This document shows positions 37,142 through 49,767 of a DNA stretch of 64,000 bases, piece after piece. Within the stretch, counting starts at the first letter, position 1. Every line of letters begins with the position of its first letter. Origin of the DNA: Amphiscolops sp. MND2022 (Eukaryota); contig OZ076409.1 in the NCBI GenBank assembly GCA_964187785.1, positions 6,946,001 through 7,010,000 on the forward strand, given 5' to 3'. Below the pieces are notes generated by a model. The model saw only the letters and a list, made by a program, of their open reading frames with translations. It had not been told where the DNA came from and ran no database searches. The translations under genes and the position numbers were made by a program.

Positions 37142-37390
37142 TTTTTAGGAGTCGGAAAGAATTTTTGACTACATATGCACTCGTATTTTTTTCTCCCGAC
37201 CTTTCAATGATAATTTCAACTTTCTCAAAAACTGTCCATACGATTTTTTATAAAATTCAGCACAGTCATTCTACACCCGAAGGCGCTCCTGCGTGAGCAA
37301 TGACATCGGAATTGTATGACTTGGATCTGAGAAACAGCCAAAATTAATCCAAAAAACGGCCATTTTGGACTTTCTTCCGTTTTCTCAAAC
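37142..37390 (+). mobile_element. Family H 5' fragment with one internal unit
   Basis: TTTTTAGGAGTCGGAAAGAATTTTTGACTAC plus one degenerate 172-bp-type unit. Confidence 0.7.
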
Positions 37391-37494
37391 TCCTTAGGAT
37401 TCGAATATGCATTGTTTGTTTTTTACTCAGCTACAAAATTCGTCTGTGAAAACGAAACTCGACGTCGTCATTACTCATTTTGAATTCAGTTTTT

Positions 37495-37886
37495 ATTATT
37501 TCTGCGATAGCAGTTATTTTACAGACATCCGAAAAATTAAGATATTTGGTTCGGCAGTTTCGACGCCAATTCATTTCTCGTGCGATGAAACGAGCGATTG
37601 TTAATTCTGCTTTCGTACGCCGAATTTATTGAGTTGAAACGAATGAGTGTTAATTATTTGTTCACAGAGAGCTTCGCCTGCATTTAAATGCGTCTTCGTC
37701 TACGCTTAGTTATTTTCTTTAGCCCTGAGAAGAATTAAATGCCGTGTAAATACAGTGATTAATGGTGCGCTATGTAATTTAACAGGAGTGTATAATTATT
37801 CCACATTCTATCGATTCTATCCTTCTATTATTGAAAATGAATGCCTAAAAGCAGAAATAATAATGTGCCCCGCAGGTACCTATTTT
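37495..37886 (+). mobile_element. Helentron-like family F copy
   Basis: ATTTCTGCGATAGCAG ... AAAGCAGAAATAATAATGTGCCCCGCAGGTACCTATTT. Confidence 0.75.
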
Positions 37887-37915
37887 TTATGTGAAAGCTC
37901 TTTCGGTTCCAAAAA

Positions 37916-39070
37916 TAGTCGGTGCTTTTCCACTATTACAGTTTGTATTTTTCTAGTGAAAAGTGCCCTACTATTGCAGTGCCTAGTTTTTTCGTCAGAC
38001 CAAGCAGCTCACCCGGTATGTACCACTTTTTGTGCATTATGCACTTTCACCAAAAGTACTTATTACTTGATTTTGAACGCATCCAAAAGCCTCTAACATG
38101 AAAAACAAAAGCAAAAGGGCCCCCTTATCTTTTTTTCCGGCAATATGAGACTTCCCTTCCCTTTTTTCGGCTTTGTGAGATTTTTTTAATGTCTCCAAAG
38201 GGTCCCCCCCTTCGAGTGTTTTTGATATTTTGCAACAGGATGGATGTTAATAAATCCAAAAAGGTCCCCTTTTACATTTTTTGGCACTTTAGATTTTCCG
38301 AGAAAAATTTTCAAGTTTTCCAAAAAAAAGTTTTGCGCATTTTGAGCCTTAGATATAGCGCCGACTTTAGACGTTCTCCTCTTCTTGTTTGTCAGTCCCA
38401 CTCCGAATGGTCCACTTTTTTGCCCTTGCACTATGCACTTGTTCCATCAGTACTTAGCGCTTGATTTTGAACGCATCCAAAGCCTCTAACATGAAATTCA
38501 AACCATTCCAAAGCAGAATGATCCCCCCTTCGTTTTTTCTTCGGCACTGTGCGACTTCCCGCTTCGACTTTGTGAGACTTTTTTCCCCGCAAGTTTTTTG
38601 TCTCCAAAAATTCCTCTTCATATTTGATATTTTGTAACAGAATGGATGTTAAAAATCCCAAATGGTTCCTCCTTATAGATATTTTGACTCTGAGACTGCT
38701 CAAAATTCTGTTTTGTCCAATATATTCCCCAATTTTTCTCAAATTTTTTGTCTCCAAAGGATCCCCCCTTCAATTTTATTGAAGTCCCTCGTAATATCCG
38801 AAGTCAAGCGCTATTTCCGAATTTTTGACGTTCTATTCGAACTATACTACGTTTTACTAAGGAGGAGGCGGAGGTTCGAAAAAGCGCTCCCATTTATCCG
38901 GAAATTCTAAAGCATTTTCCGAGAACGAAATGCACCCTTTGGGTGAAGCTTTTTTGTGAGTTTTTCATAGAAGAACGTCCTGAGCCTATATTTTAAAAAC
39001 TTTAAGTCCATGTTTAGCGTCTTTTTGAGCCTTAGGTATAACGCCGACTTGACACCTTCCCGTCGTATTT
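37916..39070 (+). mobile_element. Nested pair of family A copies (inner about 37948-38390)
   Basis: Two 5'-end remnants and two 3' ends (38390, about 39070). Confidence 0.65.
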
Positions 39071-39559
39071 TGTTACAATTTCTCGGTCTCGGATTCCATG
39101 AAAATTTCGCGAAATTCTGCGTGCATTTTTTTCACTTTCTGACGCATTGGGGCCATAGATTTTTTTCTAAAAAAGGTATATCTTTCTGAAAGTGCTTTCA
39201 AATTTGCGTTATGAGTTTAGACGGAGCTTCTATTCATTTCGCAAAAAATCAGACTATTGCAGTGATTAGTTTTTCTAGTCGGCGCCTTTCAGGAAAAAGC
39301 TTGCTTTTAGAATCACTTCGAGAGGTACACTTTTTTGTTCAGTCTCTTAATGCGTCATAGTGAGAAGCCAAAAACACTTCGAACCAAGTTTAATGTTTTG
39401 GCTTTTTTGAGCCTTGAGCGGGCGCCGTCCTTGAATGCTCGCAATTGTTTGTTTTTTATTCAGTCACAGAAGCGTCCACTTTCTTTGTTCAGTTTCTTAC
39501 GTTTTTGTCTCCGTGGCGCAGCATCTTGTATGTTTCAACGCTATCAAAGTGTCGCTCCT

Positions 39560-39820
39560 TTCATTTTTAGTTTTTTCAGCGATTCAAATTAGCGGTCACT
39601 AATAGATTGTCCAAATTCAAAGTTTCCTTGGAAAATACACACGCAATTTCAAAATGAATTTCGAAAAATACCAAGTCTTCATCTATGAAACGCACACAGT
39701 ATTAATTTACTCTCTCACAAAAATTAATTTAGGTTATCGTTTATAGTTAAAATATTTTGTATTCAAACATTTACTAGTTTGAAAAGAGTTTTTCAGCGAT
39801 AGCGACTTTGAAATTAGCGC
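39560..39820 (+). mobile_element. Family B hAT MITE internal fragment, truncated by family A sequence
   Basis: TTTTCAGCGATTCAAATTAGCGG...GAAATTAGCG homology; TIRs missing. Confidence 0.65.
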
Positions 39821-40895
39821 TATGTCTAAGGCTCAAAATTGTAAAAGGGACCCTTTGGGCTTTTTGAAACTCCAGTTTCTTGCAGAATATGAAAAAAAAT
39901 TGGAGGAGGGACCCTTTGGAGATAGCCGAAGGGTGTTTTTCTCTTAGATTTGTTTCGGCATTGTGAGACCTTTTTGAAACTTTTGTATTGCACCAAAGGG
40001 TCCCCCCTTCATTTGTTTCGATATTTTGCCACAGAATGGTTGTCAAAAAATCAAAAAGGGTCCCCTTTTACATTTTTCGGCAGTGACACTGGTCAAAAAT
40101 CTCATTTTTTAATTTTTCACCAAAATTTTCTCAGTGTGTTTTCGAGGTTCTGGACGTCGGTTTTGTTTCTTCGTGTTTTGGCGAGGTTCTGAGATTTAGT
40201 GTTTTGAAATTCACAGACGACGCATGCTGTAGCACAATCAAGGAACAATTTACTTCATTAGAGTCGAAGTTTTCATTTGTTGTCGACTCATCCATCCATA
40301 TTTTCGCAACAACTTGTGACCCGCGAAAGAAATGTGACCCATTGTATTCATAGCAAAAATTCAAGAAACTTTTGTTTTTACCAAATGGAACCATTTCGAA
40401 TAGTTTTGGAGATATGAGACTGCAAAATTAGCCTTTTTGAGCAGCTAAGTCGCATTCTTCACACCACTGTATATGTATTCGTCTACTGCCGAAATTTCAA
40501 CTGTTTTTACGACAATTTCTCTTTCATTAGCTCAGTCCTTCAACTTGTACAGAGTACTTGACTGTATCTTGTCTTTATTCTTTTTTGTCAGCAGATGAGA
40601 GACTTCTATTGAAGAATCAGATGCTAATGGAATATCCGTAGATCATTGGTTTGTTTTTTTTGGCTCATTTGTGAAGTTAAAGAAGATCAGATTTCGGAAT
40701 TTGTAATTTTTGTTTGAATTAAATTGCAGCGTTAATCAGATTAACGGTTTAAACAAACATGTTCTTGTGATGATAATTCGATCCAAAATGTGTTCTTTTT
40801 AAAAGGAGGAACTTTATAAGAGTTTCAGAAAATATTTTGTCTCATTGAAAGCCCTTGCATCGTCTTTTATCCTGACAATAATTCATCAAAAGGCC

Positions 40896-41255
40896 TTTTT
40901 AGTCGGCGTTTTCGAAGAAAATCCCGACTCTTACAGTGGCTAGTTTTTTTTTCGTCAGTTCAACGCGAACGTCCACTTTTTGTGCATTATAATGCACATT
41001 TACCAACTTTTACCATATGTACTTAATACTTCATTTTCAACGCATCCAAAGCGTCTAACATGAGAAAAAGCGTCCCCCCTTTTACATTTTCGGCACTATG
41101 CGACTTACCGGAAACTTCGAAAAAAAATTCGGAAATTTTTTTTCTCAATTTTTAGTTTTTTGAGAGCTTTTGTTGTCTGCAGTTGTAGAAAAAGTGGTTT
41201 TCGAGTCTTTTTGAGCCTTAGATATGGCGCCGACTTGGGCCGTTCCCGGCTTGTT
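40896..41255 (+). mobile_element. Short family A copy
   Basis: TTTTTAGTCGGCG ... GGCGCCGACTTGGGCCGTTCCCGGCTTGTT. Confidence 0.85.
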
Positions 41256-42703
41256 CGTTCTAGCGTTTTCCGGTGTTTATTCTATAATCAGGTGATATCA
41301 TTATTGTAATGCTTTGCGTTTTTGTGCTTAGAAATCACACTTAAATTTCATCTTGTTCATTTTTTGTTCCACGTATGGCGGATAATTTAATGGCAAAACA
41401 CATTTGATTATTTTCATATAATTGAACGTCACAACAAGTCATTATCAAAGTGTATTTTTATAGTGCTCTTTTCCCATTGGCTCCCATTCGTCGAAAATTG
41501 TGCTGCTTATTTTTTTTTCACAAAATGGTGGCGGTAAATATATTATATACATTGAATAAGAACCAGCCGATTGGAGGAAAATAGTTGCAAATTCCATTTA
41601 AACTCAACTAAAGCGAGATAGTCATTTTTGAATATTTGGTTGGCACGACGTCTAATCACTTACAACCCATAATAATTCATTTTCCTTCTAATTTTGCTTA
41701 TTTTTCCCACCTCACTTCTTAATGGTAAGTGTTTATCCCCGGCCGTTTCATTGTGTTTAATTGCCGACATTGTACGCTTCCAAAATGTTGTATTCATGAA
41801 ATACCATAATGTGAGAATTGGTTTGGACTCCTGATCAGTGTTGGTCATTTCTATTTTTTAAAGGATTTTTTGAAGGAAATTTTTTTTATTTATAAAGGAT
41901 CATTTAAATTATTGCATACTTTCAACACATATCAAAACAATATTTCAGACTGAAATTGTAATTCCCATTAAGACCTAAGTCTAATTTTATTCATGGACAA
42001 TCAATTTTTCCGATTTTCCGTGAAGTATTGAGCCCTTTTTTCTTATAATTGAATACTTTAACTGGAAAATTCTGAATAATAGTTATTAAAACTTCCCAAA
42101 AAATAGATCGAGTTGACTCCCGTCTCTATCCCCGAGGTTTGATTCACATTGAGAGTACAGTTTATCTTTATTTAAACTATGACTATTCATTTAACTGATT
42201 ATTCCTTTAAATAAGTCGCTTTTAAAGGTTGGAAAAATCAAATGATCTTATATATTATCCTTTAATTGTACAACACTGCCTCTGATAGTAAAAAATGGCT
42301 TGGACCCGGGTGAGGAATACCAAAATCTTCTGAAAAAATATCAGAATAAAAAACCGCCAAACTGAAAGTTTATTGATTTTTCACGATACAGACATTTTGG
42401 TTTGGAATTGAAATCAACATTCAAAAATATAGAAACTATGCATTGTACCACTGATTTTCCTTTTTTCTTAGTAAAGTTCAAAGTTCACCAGCCTTGAGAG
42501 CTGAAAAAGATTCGTTTCCAATCCTTCGAGCTAATTTGTTTCCTGTCCAAATCACTTTTCACACTCGAGGGTCGTACATTTCACTGTTTACAGTATGGTA
42601 CTTCGTAACATTACTTACTAACTTGAGGCAATTTCCATTGCGATTAAAACATGCATGAATTTATCTCAATACCTTTTGAGCCTGATAATTCGGAAACGGT
42701 TGA

Positions 42704-43748
42704 TTACACTTGCGATAAGCAAGTGTTATGGGAAAGTGCGGGTGCTTTTTTTTCCGCGCGACAACTCTCTCGTTTCAGACCGCTAGTCGCATAATTCAGT
42801 CGACTTTTTTGGTCTAGCGGTAAGATGCTTGCTTTTCAACCCAGAGTGTCCGGGTTCGAACCCGTGCATATGCGCTAATTTTTTTTACAAAATTTTCGAA
42901 GCAGAAGATTCTCACTTTTTTTGACAATGAGACCCCCCTCCCCCTTTTCGGCTTTTTGAGACTTATTTTCGAAAATTTTTTAATGTCCCCAAGGGTCCTC
43001 CCTTCATTTTTTTGATATTTTGCAACAGAACGAACGTTAAAAAATTCAAAAGGGTCTCTTCTTTCAGATTTTTCGGCACTATGAGACTTGAAAATTCGCA
43101 TTTTTTTCGAAAATTTTTCGGTCTCCAAATGGTCCCCCTTCATTTTTTTGAAATATCGCAAAAGAATGGATGTTAAAAAATCTCAAAGAACCCCCCTTTC
43201 ACAGTTTTCGGCCTTGTGAGATTTTTCAAAAGTAATAATTTTTGTCTTAAAGTTAGGTTTTCTCAGGCCCAGCACGCTATATCCGATTTTTTTTCAAAGA
43301 CCGGTGTTTTTCATATGCGAATTTTTCATTTTTTTTTCATCGAAGTTCCCCCTCAATTTTTACCAAAAATGAAACGTTTTCCGACTCTAAAGGACTCGTC
43401 AAGGTTTTCAGCACTATGCGACTTCAAAAAAATTGCCGGTTACCTTCAAAAAATTTTTTGGTATTGCCGGTAACCTTCAAAAAATTGCCGTAACCTTCAA
43501 AAAAAATTTTCCTTCAATTTTCTGTTTGTTTTTAAGGTTTTCCGTTGAGGAAGATGGGTTTTTTTGCTGTTTTCAGTTGAGGAAGAATGGTTTTCGAGAC
43601 TTATGCCCATCCCTTCGGGTATTTTTTGGCGCTGTAAAATTGATGAAATTTTAACATACTCCTTTTACCCTTGGTTCTACGTATGATATTGCTTTTTTGG
43701 TTTTCAAAACTTCGCAAGTGTTTGCGAAGCGCGGCTTCGCCTCTGTGT
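42704..43748 (+). mobile_element. Helentron-like family I copy 2 carrying a tRNA cassette and family A internal modules
   Basis: 5' ACACTTGCGA and 3' TCGCAAGTGT, hairpin GCGAAGC-GCG-GCTTCGC, tail CTCTGTGT; AAGGGTCC/TTTTCGGCACT modules at 42930-43230. Confidence 0.8.
42810..42867 (+). pseudogene. tRNA-derived cassette
   Basis: A box TGGTCTAGCGG, B box GGTTCGAACCC at tRNA spacing. Confidence 0.7.
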
Positions 43749-44694
43749 CTATTTTGAAATCAAAATGCATCAATATATTCAGTAGATTTGAGGGAGTTAT
43801 TTGAGCATAAAACTTGCCGAAAAAACTGTTGATAAAACGGTCAAAAACTTTAAAAACGGAAAAAAGTACCAAATTTGCTCAAAATCAGCCATTTGTAACT
43901 TTCTCAATTTTTGTCCCAGAAAAATTTTAAAAAAACACTAATATAAACTAGATTAACTTCTAAGAAACTTTTATCTCTGTTTTTCAAAATTCTCAACCGA
44001 TTTCGAGAAAATCGAGCCTAAAATCGCCCGGGGGACGTTTTCTTAATCACAGTACTGTACTTCAATCTTTCTTTAAATATTACTATTACCTCCAACTCGA
44101 AACTGACTTGGTTTCAGTCGATCGAAGTTTGGTAGACAAGTGTGCTTTCGTTGAACTTTGTCAAAAATAAATATCTTCTTAACGACAGCTTTTTTCCTCG
44201 AAAGTCCAGTAAATATGGTCACAGATGTTGATACCATTTTTTATTTCAGAACTTTTCCAAGTTTCCAAAAATCTTTACCCATCAATTCAGCATTAAGTGC
44301 TTGTATTCAGATATTATCCGCCCGTATTTCATAGACGGGAACCGGAAAGAAAACGGAAAAAAAGCGTTCTTTTTTTTTCGAATTTTCGCTGTACTCCGAA
44401 TTTGGGTATTCTCAGAAGTTTCCACAGAATTCAACGAAAACAAATATGATCGCCGCCTAATTTGGAGAATAAAGTTTCCAAACTTCCCATGGGCATAAAA
44501 TTAGTGTCTGTCACCTTTAGAATAAGAATGCTGCTAAAATAATTCAGCAAAAAATATTCCTCGGATCTGCGAGCGTCTTCTTACATTTAGCCTTATTTTT
44601 ACCAAAAGAAAATTGTAGCTTTTTAAAATGTGAGAAGTGCAAAAACGTTTCGTTTTTTTTTCAAATCACTTATTCAGTTTTTAGTCACACTTTT

Positions 44695-45610
44695 TGAAAA
44701 AGAAAACGTCTCGAGTCGGCGCGCCCAGTTTAGGGCTCAAAAAGCGAAAAGTCTCTTGAATATGCTCAGAACCAACAAATTCTCATATATTGGCGATGGG
44801 GCGCTCACGAAAAATCCAGAGAAGCAACCTCTTGCTGGAATTATCCAAAAATATCAATTTGGTAAAAAAAGTTTATAAATTGAAAAAAATGTACTGAAAA
44901 AGTCGCACAGTGCCGGGAATCTCAAAAAGGGGACCCTTTAGGCTCGTAAAATACGCCTTTTCCTAATTTAAAACACGGGGAAGACGGAAGGAGCGACCTT
45001 TTGATAAAGTAAAAAATTATATCCGTTTCGTAAAAGTCGCACAGTGTATAAAAATCCCTTTGATCTTATAGATTTGTAAATATTTAAAAAAAATTGACCG
45101 CGGCCGGTTTCGAACCCCACCACCTTCTGCTTAGTAAGCACTCATCCTTACCACTAGGCCAAGTGGCGGTGTGAAACGTGGACTATTCTAAAAATGAACC
45201 ACTTAATTTCAGGTCTGTGTTCTGACTAGCAAGACGAGAACGTCTAAAATTGGCGCTATATCTATTGACTCAAAAAGCGCAAAACATTTTTTTTTGAAAA
45301 ATTTTTTCTTTCGGAAATTCAAAGGGGGGACCCTTTAGGCACGTCCGGTTTTGTAGGTCCCCTTAAAAAAGTAAGAAAAATGAAAGGGTGGACCCTTTGC
45401 ACTAAGTTTGCATTGGCCGGACTTGGCCTTATTGGTTTCAGGAGTTTCTCTGAAAAGTGGACCGATCAGTGTGAGGATTATAGTCTGAAGAAAAAAAAGG
45501 TCACTGTAAGAGTCGGGCATTTTTCCTTAAAAGGAAAAAGTGTCGACTAAAGAAACTGGCCACTGTAATAGCCTGACATATATTTTTTTTACAAAAAGCG
45601 CTGATTAATA
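44695..45610 (-). mobile_element. Nested pair of family A copies (inner 45228-45552)
   Basis: Inner ends CAAGACGAGAACGTC ... GTCGACTAAAG; outer 5' end 45553-45610 and body 44695-45227. Confidence 0.7.
45096..45170 (-). pseudogene. tRNA-derived cassette inside family A
   Basis: Reverse strand ACCGCCACTTGGCCTAGTGGTAAGG...GGTTCGAAACCGGCCGCGGT with A box, B box and ACCGC/GCGGT terminal pairing. Confidence 0.7.
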
Positions 45611-46211
45611 AAAATTCACGGCGGATATTCGTTTCTGTCGTTGAAGGTTGGCGTATTTTCGGTAGATCCGGTAGCGTCAAAATTAATTATTCCCAAAAAA
45701 TTCCCTCGTGGTTTTCCGAAAGTGTACAAGACTTCATATAACAGCCCAATAAAAGACAAGGGTCTTTATTATGCTTGTAATTAAATTTTGCCTAACCTTG
45801 ACCCTTCATTATTTACTTGCCGAATTTAACGTTTGAATTCACTGATTCGTTGCCATTGACTTGAATCCAGTTTGTACCTTTTCCAAAACTATGTATGTTA
45901 ATTTTCTGTTTCTTCAAAGCATATAAAACGGCAACCCACAAAAGTGTGGAAGGGCCGCGAAGCTGCCGTTCAAAAAACAAAGAAACTAAAATTCTCAGTA
46001 ATTGGGCGGCTGTTGGCAGGGGCTCATGAAACCAAAATAAAAGCTTATGATAAGACCTTTCAAACCAGATATAGTTATTTCTCTCATTTGTGTAGTTGTG
46101 TACCAAATTTCTCGAAAATTTGCGAAAATTCCCAGGTCCATTGGTAATTTCAATTTATTAATTGAAAATCAGTTGAATTACAAAATTCTCAGGTACTTTC
46201 CCAGTTTACTA

Positions 46212-46570
46212 TTTTTAGTCAGCGCTTTTCTTAAGAAAAGAGTCCACTATAGTCATGGCTTTTCGTCAGTGGTTTTTTCGATACACCTGAAGTTATCAAA
46301 ATGGTTCTACCCAAAGTTTTACAGAATTTTATATTGTTCCTGTTGGCCTAGGGACCTGAACCAAAAATGTTTTTCCTTTTTTCCCGCATAACATACAATA
46401 CCGTGAGACTTTTTTCAAAGAAAAAATTTTCACCAAAGGGTCCCCAATTCACCAATACTTTGACACTTTGAAGTCCTTTTGCTATTTTAGAGAATACTTT
46501 GACACTTTGAAGTCCTGTTGCTTTTTTGAGCCTTAGATATGGCGCCGACTTGGGCCGGTCCCGGTTTGTT
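46212..46570 (+). mobile_element. Family A copy
   Basis: TTTTTAGTCAGCGC ... GGCGCCGACTTGGGCCGGTCCCGGTTTGTT. Confidence 0.8.
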
Positions 46571-46777
46571 TCTCAAGTATTTACCCAACATGCGAGGTGG
46601 ATTAAATGATGAAACTGTCAAGCCCCTGTTTCTGTGTTATTCTCATCAGTCTGGCGGAAATATTCTGATCAGTCGATTGTACATGAATGTTAATTTTTTT
46701 TCTGCAGAGCGAGAAATGATAGTTTTTTAGACTGAAAGCTTCGCTCATCTTGTTAATGCGGAAAATCTCAACAAAGC

Positions 46778-48019
46778 GGACCCTGTTTTTCACCCCCCCC
46801 CCCTAACTAAGCCACCGTTTGGAAGAAGAAACAAGATGTCTACATAATTTTCGCTGAAATTTCGGTCCACTAATCTAATTGGTGCGGACATAATCCTAAA
46901 TCCTATTTTTTGCATTGCTGATTCACTATTAAAAATTGCTAATTATGGCGGAGAAAATTGCGGTAAAATAGAGGCTTTCTTGTAAAATTTCAACTCAAGT
47001 TCCTGGAGTGAATTGTTGCCTTTTTGTCAGAAAAATATCAAAAAGTCCCGATAATTTTTTTCTGCAAGTGTCGAAACAACTCTAAGAGACAATCCTATAA
47101 ATATCTGTAGTCATGTTGAATCCTTTCATTCGCACAAGATCCTTTTTCAAGCATAAAAGTTGTTTTTGTGTTCGGGAGAAATGAGAAACGAGGTGTGCCT
47201 GCGGGGGTTGTTGGTAAGAAACATGGGACCATGTGACTAATTTTTCCCCAAGTACACCTTGCTTCGAATTCCCCCCAACAAGAAAACACATTTTGTTCTT
47301 GAATAAAACTATTTCACTATTAAGAGAATATTATATGAATGTAAATAGTTAGAGGATTATCGTTCCAACTGTTTTGATACCAGCAGAAAAAACTACCCTA
47401 ACTATTTACATTCATATAATATTCTCTTGATAGTGAAATAGTTTTATTCAACAACAAAATGTGTTTTCTTGTTGGGGGGAATTCGAAGCAAGGTGTACTT
47501 GGGGGAAAATTAGTCACATGGTCCCATGTTTCTTACCAACACCCCCCGCAGGCACACCTCGTTTCTCATTTCTCCCGAACACAAAAACAACTTTTATGCT
47601 TGAAAAAGGATCTTGTGCGAATGAAAGGATTCAACATGGCTACAGATATTTATAGGATTGTCTCTTAGAGTTGTTTTGACACTTGCAGAAAAAAACAGAT
47701 TATCGTTCCAACTGTTTTGATACCAGCAGAAAAAACTACCCTAATTTTTCAATATTTTCGTCCAGAATAGCTGGGAACAAGCTAAAATTGTATAAAAGAC
47801 TCCTATATCAACGCAATTTTTCTCCGCGATAAAATCTAATGAGCAACATTTAAACCTTTAACTGGCAATCAATGTAAAAGATGGGATTATGTTGACATCA
47901 ATTATTTTATTGGACCAAGATTTCAACACAAACGATGTCGACATTACTAATAGTATGGTATTTGAACCTTTTGTCTTATTAACCCCCCGGCCGCTTGGGG
48001 GTAATAAGACGCATGGTCC
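46778..48019. mobile_element. Head-to-head pair of GG-terminal MITEs (junction about 47226)
   Basis: Termini GGACCCTGTTT (46778), AAGAAACATGG/GGACCATG junction, and GCATGGTCC (48019); homologous to 59428-59778. Confidence 0.65.
47055..47695. repeat. 298-bp near-perfect inverted repeat with 45-bp spacer
   Basis: Arms 47055-47352 and 47398-47695; mirrored ORFs 47082-47291(-) and 47459-47668(+) differ at 3 residues. Confidence 0.95.
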
Positions 48020-48590
48020 AACAAATCAAGTAAGAGAAAGATATTCCTTTTTATCCTTACGATTTCGTCCTTCCTCTTGGTGGGCGATTTTGAAAAGCAT
48101 GATAACTTGATTTCTTTTCCTTTGCGACCCTTGAAGTGTTTGGGAGATTTGTTTTGATGGAATGAATACATACTACCATACCAGGTACATTTGCTTTCAT
48201 TAATGCTGAAAACCATCTCAAATGTTTTGGCATTGATTCTAACAACGGCACAAGTGTTTGAAATCAAGCAAATAGTAAGCATCCAATCGATTTAAGTCTG
48301 TCTAAGCACGTGGAGGTATTGTCAAGTGCCTGGGATACATTGCCTCAAGAGCCGACCTGCGTTTGATTATTTTCTTGATGAATTGAATCGCCTTTCTTGA
48401 ACCCGTTGAATCAAGGCCGAACTACTGTCGCAAAAATTTTAGAGTGGACGAAAATCAATTTTTGATGTTTTTGAAGTACTCCTTTTTAGCTGCTTTTTCG
48501 CCACTCAACCAGTCACTTCTAAGTTGATGAGTTGACTCAGATTTTGCTTGCAGGTTTCTTGATTATAGTAGACATGGTTGTTACAAAAGG

Positions 48591-49208
48591 AAACAAGACG
48601 GGAACGTCTAAAGTCGGCGCTATATCCAAGGCTCAAAAATAGCAAAAAGACTTCCAAGTGTCAAGTATTCTTTTACAGTACTCGAAAATCGAATTTTTTT
48701 GAAAAAAAAATTTCGAAAAAATTACATACTCAAAAAAATGGACCGAGTGGCGCGCTTAAGTCTCACAATGCCGAAAAACTGAAAGGGGGGACCCTCTGAG
48801 GTTTTTCAACATCCATTCTGTCGCAAAACATGAAAAAATTGAAAACTTATTTTCGGGAAAAAAATCTCACAATGCCGAAAAAACTGAAACGGGGGCCCTT
48901 TGGGATTTTTCAACATCCATTGTCGCAAAACATCAAAAAATGCAGGGGGGGACCCTTTGGGGAAAATTTTTTTTTCGGAAAAAAGTCTCGCAATGCCGAA
49001 AAAAAATGAAAGGGGGGACCCTTTGGTCTCGCCCGGTATGGTATGTTACGCGGAAAAACAGGAAAAACCTTTTTGGTTCAGTTCGCTAGGCAAAATAGTG
49101 CAATATGGTGCAATAATATTTTGCAGAACTATTTTGGTCAGTTCGTGTGGATAGAAAAAAAAGTCACTATAATAGTCGCGTTTCACTTCATGAAGCGCCG
49201 ACTAAAAA
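48591..49208 (-). mobile_element. Family A copy (GACG/CGTC hairpin variant)
   Basis: AAACAAGACGGGAACGTCTAAAGTCGGCGC ... GAAGCGCCGACTAAAAA. Confidence 0.85.
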
Positions 49209-49256
49209 TCCCTTTTACAGTGAAATAATTTCTCTCTTATGTCAGGCAGTCGTGAT

Positions 49257-49597
49257 CAGAGATTTGACACCGCTATTCAGCGAATTAGCGGCCGCGCACA
49301 ATTTTTTCAGCCATTCAAATTAGCGACAACTAATAGATTGTACAAATTCAAAATGTTCTCGGAAAATACACGGAGTTTAAAAACGAATTTCGAAAAGTTC
49401 CAACTCGTCATCTTCTGTAGAACCCACACAGAATAAAAATTCAAGTTTTTCCTGCAAAATTGAATTAAGTTATGGTATATATTTAAAACATTTTTGTATT
49501 CAAACAATTTATAGTTTGAAGAAAAAGCTTTTCAGCGAAATAGCGATTTTGAAATTAGCGGCTTAGCGATTAGCGAAAAATAGCGACGTTAAAACTA
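49257..49597 (+). mobile_element. hAT-type MITE, family B
   Basis: CAGAGATTTGACACCGCTA...TAGCGACGTTAAAACT; degenerate TSD GTCGTGAT/GTTGCGAT. Confidence 0.8.
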
Positions 49598-49767
49598 GTT
49601 GCGATGGAACTTCTGTCAGTGTTTCTAATTTAGTTTGAAAAGCGAGTCAAAATATGAAATCAGCAAAAATATTTGGCTGGTTCACTCCAGAAATTGTTCA
49701 TTTTTTGACGCATATATATTCTCTACCCTATTGTTGCCCTATTTACCCCTTGCAGAGTTACATCCGG

